From assembly GCA_963924565.1 (NCBI GenBank), contig OZ004612.1, forward strand, positions 8,990,001 through 9,054,000: DNA of 64,000 bases. Direction: 5' to 3'. The stretch comes from Ascidiella aspersa (taxonomy: Eukaryota). A program made the translations under genes and the position numbers. Position 1 is the stretch's first letter; every line of letters starts with the position of its first letter. The notes below the pieces were generated by a model. That model worked only from the letters and a program-made list of their open reading frames with translations. It searched no databases and was not told the origin of the DNA. Of the stretch, positions 53,709 through 64,000 are shown piece by piece.

Positions 53709-53831
53709 CTGTTCAGCGACCACAAGCAGCTGACTGAATGCCGTTTCGTAGCAGTCATTTTGCAGCAGAAATCCGAGAAGGTCTCGATTCTGGTGATATT
53801 CGGTGACCACACAGCTTGGAAACGGCGTGAC
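53709..53831 (-). CDS. SH2-pseudokinase exon, hinge to alphaE (VTPFPSCVVTEYHQNRDLLGFLLQNDCYETAFSQLLVVAEQ)
   Basis: TTCAG acceptor and CAG|GTTAGG donor, phase 0-0; VVTEY hinge with a Thr gatekeeper. Confidence 0.88.
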
Positions 53832-54373
53832 CTGAACAAGGCAAAGGCATTTGAGAACATTCCGAGAAATAAATAACCTCCAATGACCACTTGGGTTGTT
53901 CTGTTGAGCTTCTTAGAAACGTATTCCAACCACTCGTCATAAGCCGTTCAAATACGCCCGCTGTACTAACATCTGGCAAACGAGAATTGTTTATAAAAGG
54001 TTAATTTAGACTTGAATCACCGAATTCGAAAAAACTAGTAATCGTATTAAAATCTAAACAACAATTACTTTTATTAAATTCACAATTTTTGATTGTTGAT
54101 AAAATAGCGTTTTTAGGTAGACTGTAAATCTCAAAGATTAGAAAATAAGCATCAGATTTGTAGAACTGTATGTTTTCTTACCAAGTTAATAATGAGACAT
54201 ATCACCAAACCGCACTTGGCCTTCTCTGTAACTTTAAATGCGATTATTACTATTGCCAAAGTATAATATTTAAGGTAAATTATGTGTATATATTATTATT
54301 GCCCCTCCCCTGGACATTTTTCGGTCTCTGGACATCATGCCCAATGAAAACCATTAGCACAAATGATTCTCAC

Positions 54374-54513
54374 CACTCCGACGAGACGCACGATGTTTGA
54401 GTGCTTGAGGATCTTCAGGACGGATGCTTGTTCCATGATCCGCTCCCCTCCCTCTTCACCACCGTTCTTCTGCATCTTGACAGCTACAAGACCCCCAGTC
54501 TCATCCAGTGTGG
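54374..54513 (-). CDS. SH2-pseudokinase exon, beta3-alphaC-beta4 (TLDETGGLVAVKMQKNGGEEGGERIMEQASVLKILKHSNIVRLVGV)
   Basis: AACAG acceptor and GTGAGA donor, phase 1-0; VAVK and H.NIVRL.GV motifs. Confidence 0.92.
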
Positions 54514-55594
54514 CTGTTATAATTGTTATATGGTAAATAAAAATCGATTTTAGGTAACCGTCACGAACAGGTCCATACTGGAAAATAAACAGACCGCCTC
54601 GTTAAAGGATACCGTTTTCCAATTTTCTTTATAACGATAGAGAAATAAAGCCCGTAAAAATCGTTCGGGAAACATTTACTGTACTGTGAAAATAGTTTAT
54701 CGCAGTCAAAAATATTTACTGCACCGTCAGATGTGTTTGTTTGGTTCGCTTCCCTGCTGGAACATTTTCGCTATAAAATAAATTAATAAAAGAAAGGTTT
54801 TGCCTATTGTGTACAACAGTTCGATATTTAACTATACGTTTAAATGGTATACAATGCATGCCTTTCTTTTAAATAAAGTGAATGCCACAAAAGCCTGCTG
54901 TAACCAAAATAGAACAATAGTCGATGCCCGGCAATTGTTATAATCAAAATATTTCAGCCTCGCTTATTCCTGATATAATTCGTGAATTCATAAACCTCAT
55001 CCAAACATTTAAATGCTAGGTTTGAACTGCAAATATGCCCTTTTATCTAAATGCTGTGAGTTACAACAAAAATAGCCTAAAATGACTTGAGTGACTCCCA
55101 AGCACCCCGGGGTTTATAATTATCCGGCAAACTATAGAATGTCCAATTCACGTATGTATATGCCCTTGTTTGGTTACCTTCGGCAACGAAACATTACTGT
55201 AATAAAACAACCCATAGCAGTGAACCCTTAGGCCGACATCCCTTAAAAGAGACATGATCCTCAGCTAAGAAACTTTACTGGAATGGCCTTAAAAAGTTAG
55301 ATATTATAAAAGCGTAAGAATAGTGACATCGCAGCCCAAGCTGATATTTAAAATGAGGCAAAAACACTTTTGTCATTATTTTATTGATCTAAGTTAATCA
55401 GCGACATTAAAATTATTCTATAAGTCTGAGGAACTTTACTCTTCAAACATCAAAAAAATTGTTTTGTCATCGTTTAAGATAAACAATTACCTTTCTAATC
55501 CCATCTACACATTTTGAACCAAGACGACAAATTTTGTATATACACTAAATCGTATACCGAATCTTTTAAAGTCACGTTAGTAAAAGCCAATCAC

Positions 55595-55744
55595 CTTTCC
55601 AAACCTCGGCGGGCTTCTCACGATGCGACGATATCTTCTCGATGAACGTGAGCTTATCCCTGCTCATCTCCACTCCAGACGTGTTCTTCCTCCTGCTGCC
55701 TGAGTAAGGCGAGGTCAGACGAGTTCGCATGCTGGTCACTGTCT
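55595..55744 (-). CDS. SH2-pseudokinase exon, SH2 end, linker and degenerate P-loop (TVTSMRTRLTSPYSGSRRKNTSGVEMSRDKLTFIEKISSHREKPAEVWK)
   Basis: CCCAG acceptor and G|GTGATT donor, phase 1-1. TRL..P marks the SH2 end, E..R..L the linker and EVWK beta2. Confidence 0.82.
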
Positions 55745-55779
55745 CTGGGTTGACATATTTGATGGACATTTTAAATTGA

Positions 55780-56336
55780 CGTTCAACTGTATACTTTTGA
55801 GCAAACTCTACTGATGCGTTTAAGTCAAGCACGTATTAATCGCCCGCCACCCATTAGACATGAAAAAGTTTTTTGTAGGGATAGGTTCAAAACATCTGGT
55901 CTCTACTGAAACTCCATCTACGAAATACGTTCAACTGTACTTTGAAGCAAGCTCACTTAAGTTAAGCACGTATTAATCGCCCGGCACCCATTAGACATGA
56001 AAAAGTTTTTTGTAGGGATAGGTTCAAAACATCTGGTCTCTACTGAAACTCCATCTACGAAATACGTTCAACTGTACTTTGAAGCAAGCTCACTTAAGTT
56101 AAGCACGTATTAATCGCCCGGCACCCATTAGACATGAAAAAGTTTGTTTTAGGGAGAGGTTTAAAACATCTGGTCTCTACTGAAACTTCATCTACGAAAT
56201 ACGTTCAACTCTACTTTAAGCAAGCTCACTTAAGTTAAGCAAGTATTAATCGCCCGACACCCATTAGACATGACAAAGTTTTTGTAGGGATAAGTTCAAA
56301 ACATCTGATCTCTACTAAAACTTCATCTACGAAATA
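55780..56336. repeat. Tandem array of four ~137-bp units
   Basis: CGTTCAACT starts at 55780, 55928, 56065 and 56202; units are near-identical and the first is slightly longer. Confidence 0.95.
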
Positions 56337-57284
56337 TCCGTTTCTAACCATCAGCAGTAAAGAGATTTTATTTGTGTGTCACACAGGTTCGGTGTTTTGT
56401 TGTGGTCACCCGGAAACAACGTGACAATATAACGATTGGCACAAGCTTCAGTTCTTATAGTCATGGTAAAATTTTACTTTTTTATACACGCTTAAATAAC
56501 CAAAACGGTTCCCAAAAACATATTAGAAAATTTTAGAAACATAATATCCCGTACAAAAACAAAACTCGCTTTCAATGATTTTATGTAAAAATCCCCTAAA
56601 GGCGGTAATAATCTTATTTATTATTTTACGGCTGTTAGTTCGACTCTACTTTTCTGCTAAAATGAGTCTTTGTGAAGACTTTCTGACTTTTTTTATCAAT
56701 AGAAAATTATGTAAATAAAGACTGCTGGTTGCTTCAAAGCTACTGTATGAGCTCAGGGGTATTATTTTCGTTGTACAGTAGACATAGAGATATAAAAATA
56801 AGATTTGTACAACAAGTGTCATTTTCCTATTAAAACACTATATAGCAACGCTTCTCCCAAGTGATACCGGCCCACTAAATATTTATCCACGCTTGTCTAA
56901 AATTGGATGTTTGTACACCTGTAGGCCTAAAGGCGTTCCTTTCTGTTAAAACAACATGAAAAATTTACGGATGGTCATACATTCGCAGCAGTTGCGAAGC
57001 TCTACAAAGTTTGTAATTGGGCAGGGTTAACGCCCATAGCAAGACCTATTTTATATTGCGATAACGAGAGGATCTTTACTTTGGTCAAGTTAAGAAATGA
57101 ACAAAACTTGCTAGAAAAACGAAGTTAGAGAAGGCATGAATCGACAGACAAGCAATTTCCTTAAACTCGTCCTTTTGTCGCTCTTTATAGATCAGTATTT
57201 TACAAACCTGCAATATCTGTTTCTTCGGGCTAAAAATAAAGATCTACCGATACCGGTCAAGAAAACCGAAACGATCAAACTTAC

Positions 57285-57437
57285 CTTGGTAGTATTGTAT
57301 AAGCTGTTCCACGGTTGGGAAGCAGACCATGGGGTCAATGTAGTATTCCCCAGACAGGTTGACCTGGATCTTGCAATGGAAGATCTTACACTGGCCATCT
57401 CGCCATTCCAACACCGAGAGTCGATACGGGTCAGAGA
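57285..57437 (-). CDS. SH2 domain, C-terminal half (SDPYRLSVLEWRDGQCKIFHCKIQVNLSGEYYIDPMVCFPTVEQLIQYYQ)
   Basis: TCTAG acceptor and G|GTAAGT donor, phase 1-1; Y.LSV, H.KI and F.T..ELI.YY-type SH2 motifs. Confidence 0.92.
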
Positions 57438-58230
57438 CTAGACAAAGTAAAATAATGTATGGATTCTGGCTGGGTTGTTTCCATTGGCCAAATCGTAAAG
57501 ATGAGTCGCTGAACAAGTCAGTAATGGTCTGAGCTCAGTCCTGACTACATTTCTCCACTGGGGCGCAGCCAAGATTTCTCCGCCAAGAAAGAAGTGCCCG
57601 AGTTTGAACTGCGTATGCTGGCATTACGTAAACTTTTAACCTTTTTTGTTTGTGATGTTGGTTTACCTAAATCCTGTAGTAGCTTAGTGAAAACACAAAG
57701 AACGAAGGTGTTTGCTCGTATATAAGCTGTGCGGAAAACCAGAAATGTAGATCCAAATTAGGCAATATAGGCGCCATGCCTACCCTATTAGAATAACCGC
57801 TATGTAAAATGTGCGGCAGTAATTGTATTTCTTTGTAATGTGTGGAGATCTTTCTAACGTTGTACAAAGTACATATATTGCGAAATTATTATTTCCAATT
57901 CAGGTTATGTCTATACGTGACGATATGAGGGTCACCAAATTTGCTTTGTCAAACTATAAAACACTTACATTGATTTGCAAAGACAAATTGATTTATTTTT
58001 CCCTCAGACAACACTCATGTTTTCCAATATATTGGGTACAACATTTTTAATTTTTTGAGCAACGCTTAAAATATCCTTTTTCCAGGTGGATTAAAACCAG
58101 ATTTCCTTAAGGATAGAATATTTTTAACTTTTTCACTATATCGTTGGCAGCCGACCGAATTCGAAACATCGGTGTAACATATTTTTCCTTTACGTTATTT
58201 CAGTTTACTTTCAACTCGAAAACGTCCTAC

Positions 58231-58334
58231 CTGTGCTGGGCCTTGCATCTCGCACGAGAAAGGTACCCTCGTCTTGCCCATCTTGTAACAACTTGATTTC
58301 GGCATCTATTCGCGAAATTGTCCCAAGGTACCAC
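58231..58334 (-). CDS. SH2 domain, N-terminal half (WYLGTISRIDAEIKLLQDGQDEGTFLVRDARPST)
   Basis: AAAG acceptor and G|GTAGGA donor, phase 2-1; WY.G.ISR..AE..L and GTFLVR motifs. Confidence 0.93.
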
Positions 58335-59803
58335 CTTTAATAAGTTTGGATAAGATGAATTAAATTGATTACAAATTGGCGTTTTTTTTAATAGCACACT
58401 ATCTTTATCGTTTTATAAAAGCTATAGTAATAGAAATTATATAATAGTGGGGGCTCTATCTGCACTAGCTTGCATACGATAGGTAGATTTGAGATTTTTG
58501 GCTCAGAAGTTTTCTTTAGCGTTTAATATGTAATAACATAAAAACGCAAAATCAAATTTATAAAACTGATTAGAATGAGGGGGTAGTAGCACACCGAAAT
58601 CGAGTTGGCTCCAAGCAGAAATAAAAATAAAACACCAAAATGAACATCTGTGCCAAAAATCTCACGTCTATCTATCGTATGTATGCCAGATTTTCTTTTG
58701 ACACATAGTTCCCTCACTATATAATTATGACCCTGCGCGGTAACAGACTAACACGGCTGTAAGACAAAACGTTTTGGTAGTAGCGACAAAACCATTTGCC
58801 GTCGACCCAATTTTTAAGATTAAAACTTGCTCCTAATGCTTTGAAGTGTTTTTTTGAACGATCGTAATTTGGCAGTTATAGTTTAAAAACTTTAAATTCA
58901 TGCATGCGAGCACGTATTTTTTTAAACCATTATTCGCACTATTTTGAATCAAGGAGTAAGGGTATGGACACATTTTAGCATCGGACTCTTGTTTAGTTGG
59001 TCGACCTGTTATCTATTAGAAGTATTCGCCCTATTTATTCCAAACCGCTTTTTAAGTGCTACCTAAATGCTTTAGGCGTTGAGACACGATTTACGACCAA
59101 TTCTTGCGCGTACTAATTGCGCCGTGACAAAAACACGACACGTATCCGGGTTTGTGTCCCCTAAACATGCATCCACACACGGTGATTTCGTGTCAGGTAC
59201 ATTGGCACTAAAACAATTGCAGCTTGCCAAAATACGTAGGTCCGGTATAAGTGCATTTCTTACTAAAAAAATGAGCTTAGCGATTGACGATAACGCTGAA
59301 ATAAAAAGAATACATAAAAACAGAAACGGCTATTTACATAAAATATCTAAGCGGTCGTCACCTATATTATGAAAACATGAGTTGCAGAATTTCAAGTTAA
59401 AAGTTCATACATTGGCTATATACTGCTTTTAAAATGACAGGTCACCGATCAAGTATTTTAGGCAAGTTACGAAAACACTGATGAATTTCGTCGAATACAC
59501 ATATCGAAAAGTTTTTTGTCGAAAACGTTTTTAAACAGCGAAATGTCAATTTCATCGAATATATTCGCTTTACTATTTTTTTGGAATTACTTAAAAACGT
59601 GTATTGTGTTCTAAAGTTGTTTGTATAGGTTTACTAATATGTTAATATTACAAAGTAAATCGTGAAACGGAGGCCATTGTCCTTGAAACAAGTAACATCA
59701 CATAGTGAAGGTTTTGCCTATAGTAAAACACTTCAAAAAGGTTCATACAAATTACCGTCAACGGTAAATACGTTTTCAAAAACCTAAAAATACTTTTACT
59801 TAC

Positions 59804-59899
59804 GGAAAGTGTTTAAACTGCTCCCGCCGCGGGCTCGTGGGAGTCTGAAAGACTTCGTAGCCTGCCTCTTCCAAAGTCATTGCTGGCGTGGTCGTACAA
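59804..59899 (-). CDS. SH2-pseudokinase exon preceding the SH2 (CTTTPAMTLEEAGYEVFQTPTSPRREQFKHFP); possible start ATG at 59880
   Basis: TAGCAG tandem acceptor and CC|GTAAGT donor; phase 2 gives FPWYLG. From ATG 59880 the spliced CDS is 1311 nt (436 aa plus stop). Confidence 0.75.
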
Positions 59900-62846
59900 C
59901 TGCTAAAGCCAGGTAAGTAAAACACATTTCACGCCAATAACTGCAAAGTATATGGAGTGTCAACGTTGCTGCTGCTCGTGTGTTATGGCATGACAAACAT
60001 ATCAATAAGCTGCAAAATAACGATATCACGCACTGCCAAGGTTGAAACCGTATAATTCTTACATGCACACGTTGTTAATGATTGATTTTAACCTAAACGA
60101 CTAGCTGTCGTTCTTTGTCGAATATAATTCTCTAATAAAACGTTAAGAAGACTTTCGTCTTTCAAACCGCAAAACGTACCACCGCAGAAATCCAATGCAA
60201 ATGCGCTTATTTGGGGTCCATAGCAATAAAATCAACTGTGAAAAGCACTTTGGTGTCAGATTAAACAGTGATCAACAAACATGCGAAACAAGGTGGCCCT
60301 AAAGGTCTTCTAGGCTAGATAAAAAACAGAAAGTCTAAAAATATATCATGCCACATTAACTGTATAGGTGTATAAAGTTATTGCTGTATAGACATTTTGA
60401 AATGATTCAATCCAGTCCATAAATCAGGTCTTTTTAAATGAATAACAAGTCAAGTCCCAGCTCAAGTAAAAAGTCACGTCTCAGTCAAGTCATAGGAAGA
60501 GTAAGTCTAATGCAAGCCAAGACCTTGGAATATAACTAAAATGTTAAAATATTAAACTTGGTAAAAATACGATTATAAGATCTACCTTAGCTGAAAAAAC
60601 ACAAAAAAATACAACACAGGCCAACAGCAAGCAAATTGTATCATGTGCAAAAATTGGGATAAATAACTAAATTGTACCAAAAAATGCTTAAACAACTCCT
60701 TATTTCAACCCTAGTCATTTATCCAAATAACTGAAGTGAAGTCAAGACATTTAAAAACATTGCCCTAAGTGCACTTAAGTCAAATCATTGACTTAAGTCA
60801 CTACAACACTGACAAAAGAAGTCGCATTGAAAGTCTTAAAAAAGTTAATTTCCTTCATAAGCCAATACAAACTGCACCAAATCGCGAATAACTTCTAAAA
60901 CCAGGGTAACAAAACGCCCAAAAAACAGTAATTGCAAAAGGAACTTTCATAATGTGATGTGTCCAACACAATCGATTTTTTTAAACTGCACATTAAAATT
61001 ATGTGTGGCATGGCCGATTTTTGTCATGCTCACAAGAACACGATTACTCTACATTTTTTCTGTACGCAGTCGAAAGCAGAAACAATATATACATTTTTTA
61101 GCACCAAAATATATAATGTATCTAATGCGAAATCAAAGTAAGAGCTATATTTCTTTGCGCTGAATGCGAAAACCTTTCTCTGGCGCCCATGCGTGCCTCC
61201 GAGCGCACACTTCCGGGAAAATAAAAAGTTAACGTTATTTGTCCGGTTTCCCTCGGCGTGACTCACGAACGAACTGACCTCACGAGTTTCGACACGCAGG
61301 CTTGTCGTTTCGACGCAAGGCGGCGCCAAAACAAAGATTCTTCGAAAATTTTGGGCTTCTCACTTCGCCGCGCCTCAAAGAAACAAAAAAAAAAAAACAG
61401 CAACAACAAACTAAATGTCCTATATATTTTTTCAATTAAACCCACGTTACACCTGTTTTACCTTGAATTATGTCTTTCGGACAAATGTCATGCCTTAGAC
61501 TTTTTATTTAGGCAAATAACTGTACTCCAACTTTGGTCCTATAAAAATGACATGCTTTTCAACACTGTGCTGTACAGCATCGAAACTCCATGTTTTTGTT
61601 TGTAATTTTGTGCTTCTTTTTTATATCCTTCATAGAAGTATCCATTAGATAACTCACATGGCAATAGCGCGTTAAGCTCAAGAACTCAAATAAAAACTAG
61701 AAAATAAAAAAATAAAATACAAACAGCGCGGCCAAAGTCAATTAAACAAAGTCAAATCACATCAAAATGCCCGGCTTAAAACAGTTGCGCTCAGAACAAA
61801 AGCGCTTCCTACAAGGAAATTAATTGTGCACACTCGATTCACCGAGACATGTGAGCTCGTGTAATGTCGCGCTGAAACAAGTTTTAGGTCGTACTTATTA
61901 TTCGAATTCCGAAAAGTCATCATCGGGCCTCGCGGGAGCCTTCATGACGTCACACGAGTCGAAAACGGAGACTGTTTGTTCGAAAAGCTCAGAAACTTTA
62001 AATGCAAAACGATTGCCCAACTTCTTGTATACTTGTTCGCTACAATGACACACCCAATTACAGAAAATTCCACATCACCAAAAGTGATTCTGGTCTATTT
62101 GCTTAAACGGTACAGCTTGTTTGAATGACAGATTGAAGGGTTAGAAAGGCACTCAACATATGAATATTATCGTGGGTGAAAACGCTATGATTCCAATAAG
62201 GTATTTTCCACAAACCTCGAGTTACCTTTCGATACTCATAAATATAATTAAAAATCCAATAAACTAACTGCATTAGCGTCTTTCGAATGTAAGTAGAAGC
62301 CAATTCCTATTTTAATCTTGATCAAAGCTCAAAATAAAACAACAGATATCTTCTGCAATCATCCTTGGATTTGCATGACTGTTGCGCGTGCCGTACGCAC
62401 TGCTGTCCAGTCACAAGATATATACGCTGTTCTGTCAGAATCCCCATGCTTCCTTCTATATGACAAAGATGCTTGCTATGGTCAAAGGTTCAACGCAGAG
62501 ACGCAAAATCACGCAAGTTGCTCAAAAGGGGGAAGTACTGTGGAAATATTATAGTGTCTATCTAGTAACAACGAGCGTTCTTAACTTATTGGGCGATACT
62601 AATGTGGTATTCAGTTGACTTAACTTTATTGCGTTTGTCCTTAAGGCCAATGTCTTGCGATGAACAGACGCTAATATCTTAGCATTACACCCGAAACGGA
62701 GAGGTGTCTTGTTTTGTTTTATACTGGCGGGGGCGGAGTGTTAGGCACGTATAAGATGCGATGTCATAATCACGATGACGATAAAGGCTGATGGGCGTGA
62801 AACTCGTGCCAAACAACTGCATTGGACTGCAGGCATTCCAACTTAC

Positions 62847-62897
62847 GGTTTAAATTCAAAGAAATAGGTGGGCGTTGGTGACGTTCTCCCTTCGCTC
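62847..62897 (-). CDS. Tentative 51-nt upstream exon of the SH2-pseudokinase (SEGRTSPTPTYFFEFKP)
   Basis: TTAAAG acceptor and strong GTAAGT donor; phase 2-2 and open into the next exon. No homology support. Confidence 0.35.
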
Positions 62898-64000
62898 CTT
62901 TAAGAAATCAAACAAGTTGATCTCCTCTCCGCGTGATAACCACGTATTCTGTGTTTGGCAGGCTTTTAAAACGCAGCACCTCGTGGTGCATATGCCTACA
63001 ATTAGTTTCTGACTTATCACGTCGCAATAATCGTTAAGTGACATCAAAAGTCAAACAAGGAAGTATTGCGTGGCGTCATTTCCACAAACCTTGTATATTT
63101 GACCTAAAAATCAACAGGTTATGACAATTTCTATATGCAGTATAAACGAGTGCTTTGATTCCAAGTCCCGCCACTGCACGACAAGAAGTGACATTTCAAA
63201 CTTGTGAAAAACTGATTTAATTGGCCCATCAAATATACACATTAATTGTACGGCGCATCTGCTTGAAGTTAGGATTTACAATTTTTTATTTCAGAAATCA
63301 TGTTAAATCAAAACACGTAGCGAATTTAACTAAAATATCTGCACTAAACCAGAGTGTATAAATTTAATAATGTCCAACACTCACGCACAATGATGACCGT
63401 TGGTATATAGCAGTGTTTCGCAACCTTTTTTGGCTTGCGGCACCCTACACCAACTATATAAATAGTTCGCGGAAGCCTTGCTCGTATATTTGTTGAGTGC
63501 TTAACTGTAATGTTACAATAAACTAGAGTGAAACAGCACATTAACTGTGCAACCAGGTTTAAAAACCTTTTTTATGGCACTTTTATTGTACACAAATTGT
63601 ATTAAGAAGCTCACCAATAGAACAAAAATTGGAGTCCTAAATAATTTGAAATATATCTCGGCACCCTTTAACAGTTTTGAGTGTTAAAATATGGCGCCTA
63701 AGATGCCGCGACAACCCGGTTAAGAACCACTGTCATATACCACAAAAAACAGTGGTCGATAAATAAACCTTAATTGTCCTCCTTTATCAAGCCAACAATT
63801 AGCAGCTGAATAAACTTAACATGACTTTGCAGCAAAAATCCTGCCACTTGCTTGTTTAAGCAAAAAAAACTTCAGCGCCCAACGGTAGCTTACCAGGCGA
63901 TTAAAGCCTCGTCCCGTTTTCGCTTTCACCCTGTTGTCGTAACATTCACTGTACGGTGGACTAAAATACAGGTTTAGGCAGTTTATTGCCAGCTTATACT

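Noticed and set aside
53687-53979. Longer exon using the CAG acceptor at 53973
   Set aside because: Neither listed ORF resembles a kinase. The acceptor at 53832 gives the VVTEY hinge in the required phase.
48625-59899. Kinase locus as a pseudogene
   Set aside because: Ten exons show no stop or frameshift, splice sites are intact, and the structural and SH2 residues are preserved. The losses are concentrated on catalytic motifs.

Overview
This is AT-rich, intron-containing animal DNA, most likely from an invertebrate chordate such as an ascidian; that assignment is inferred from the vertebrate-like Dispatched sequence and the MITE landscape. The ORF track is mostly noise, so I rebuilt genes by hand from GT-AG splice sites and exon phases. 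(1) A probable last exon of an unidentified upstream + strand gene lies at 291-534. (2) A six-coding-exon Dispatched (DISP1-like) gene runs on the + strand from 4222 to 46196 (about 1100 aa) and contains a 30.9-kb intron. It has a natural GxxxDD-to-GxxxDN change in TM4, a Lys/Arg tract next to the furin site, and a short C-tail ending in a PDZ-type motif. (3) A convergent minus-strand gene of at least 10 coding exons (about 59900 down to 48625) encodes an SH2 domain followed by a tyrosine-kinase-fold domain. That domain has lost the Gly-rich loop, the alphaC Glu, the HRD Asp and DFG, while every exon stays open and in phase, so it appears to be an intact SH2-pseudokinase. The rest is intronic or intergenic DNA with many short inverted-repeat transposons (several with 8-bp TSDs), 23-bp and 137-bp tandem arrays and local duplications. 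I recognised no rRNA, tRNA or CRISPR features.
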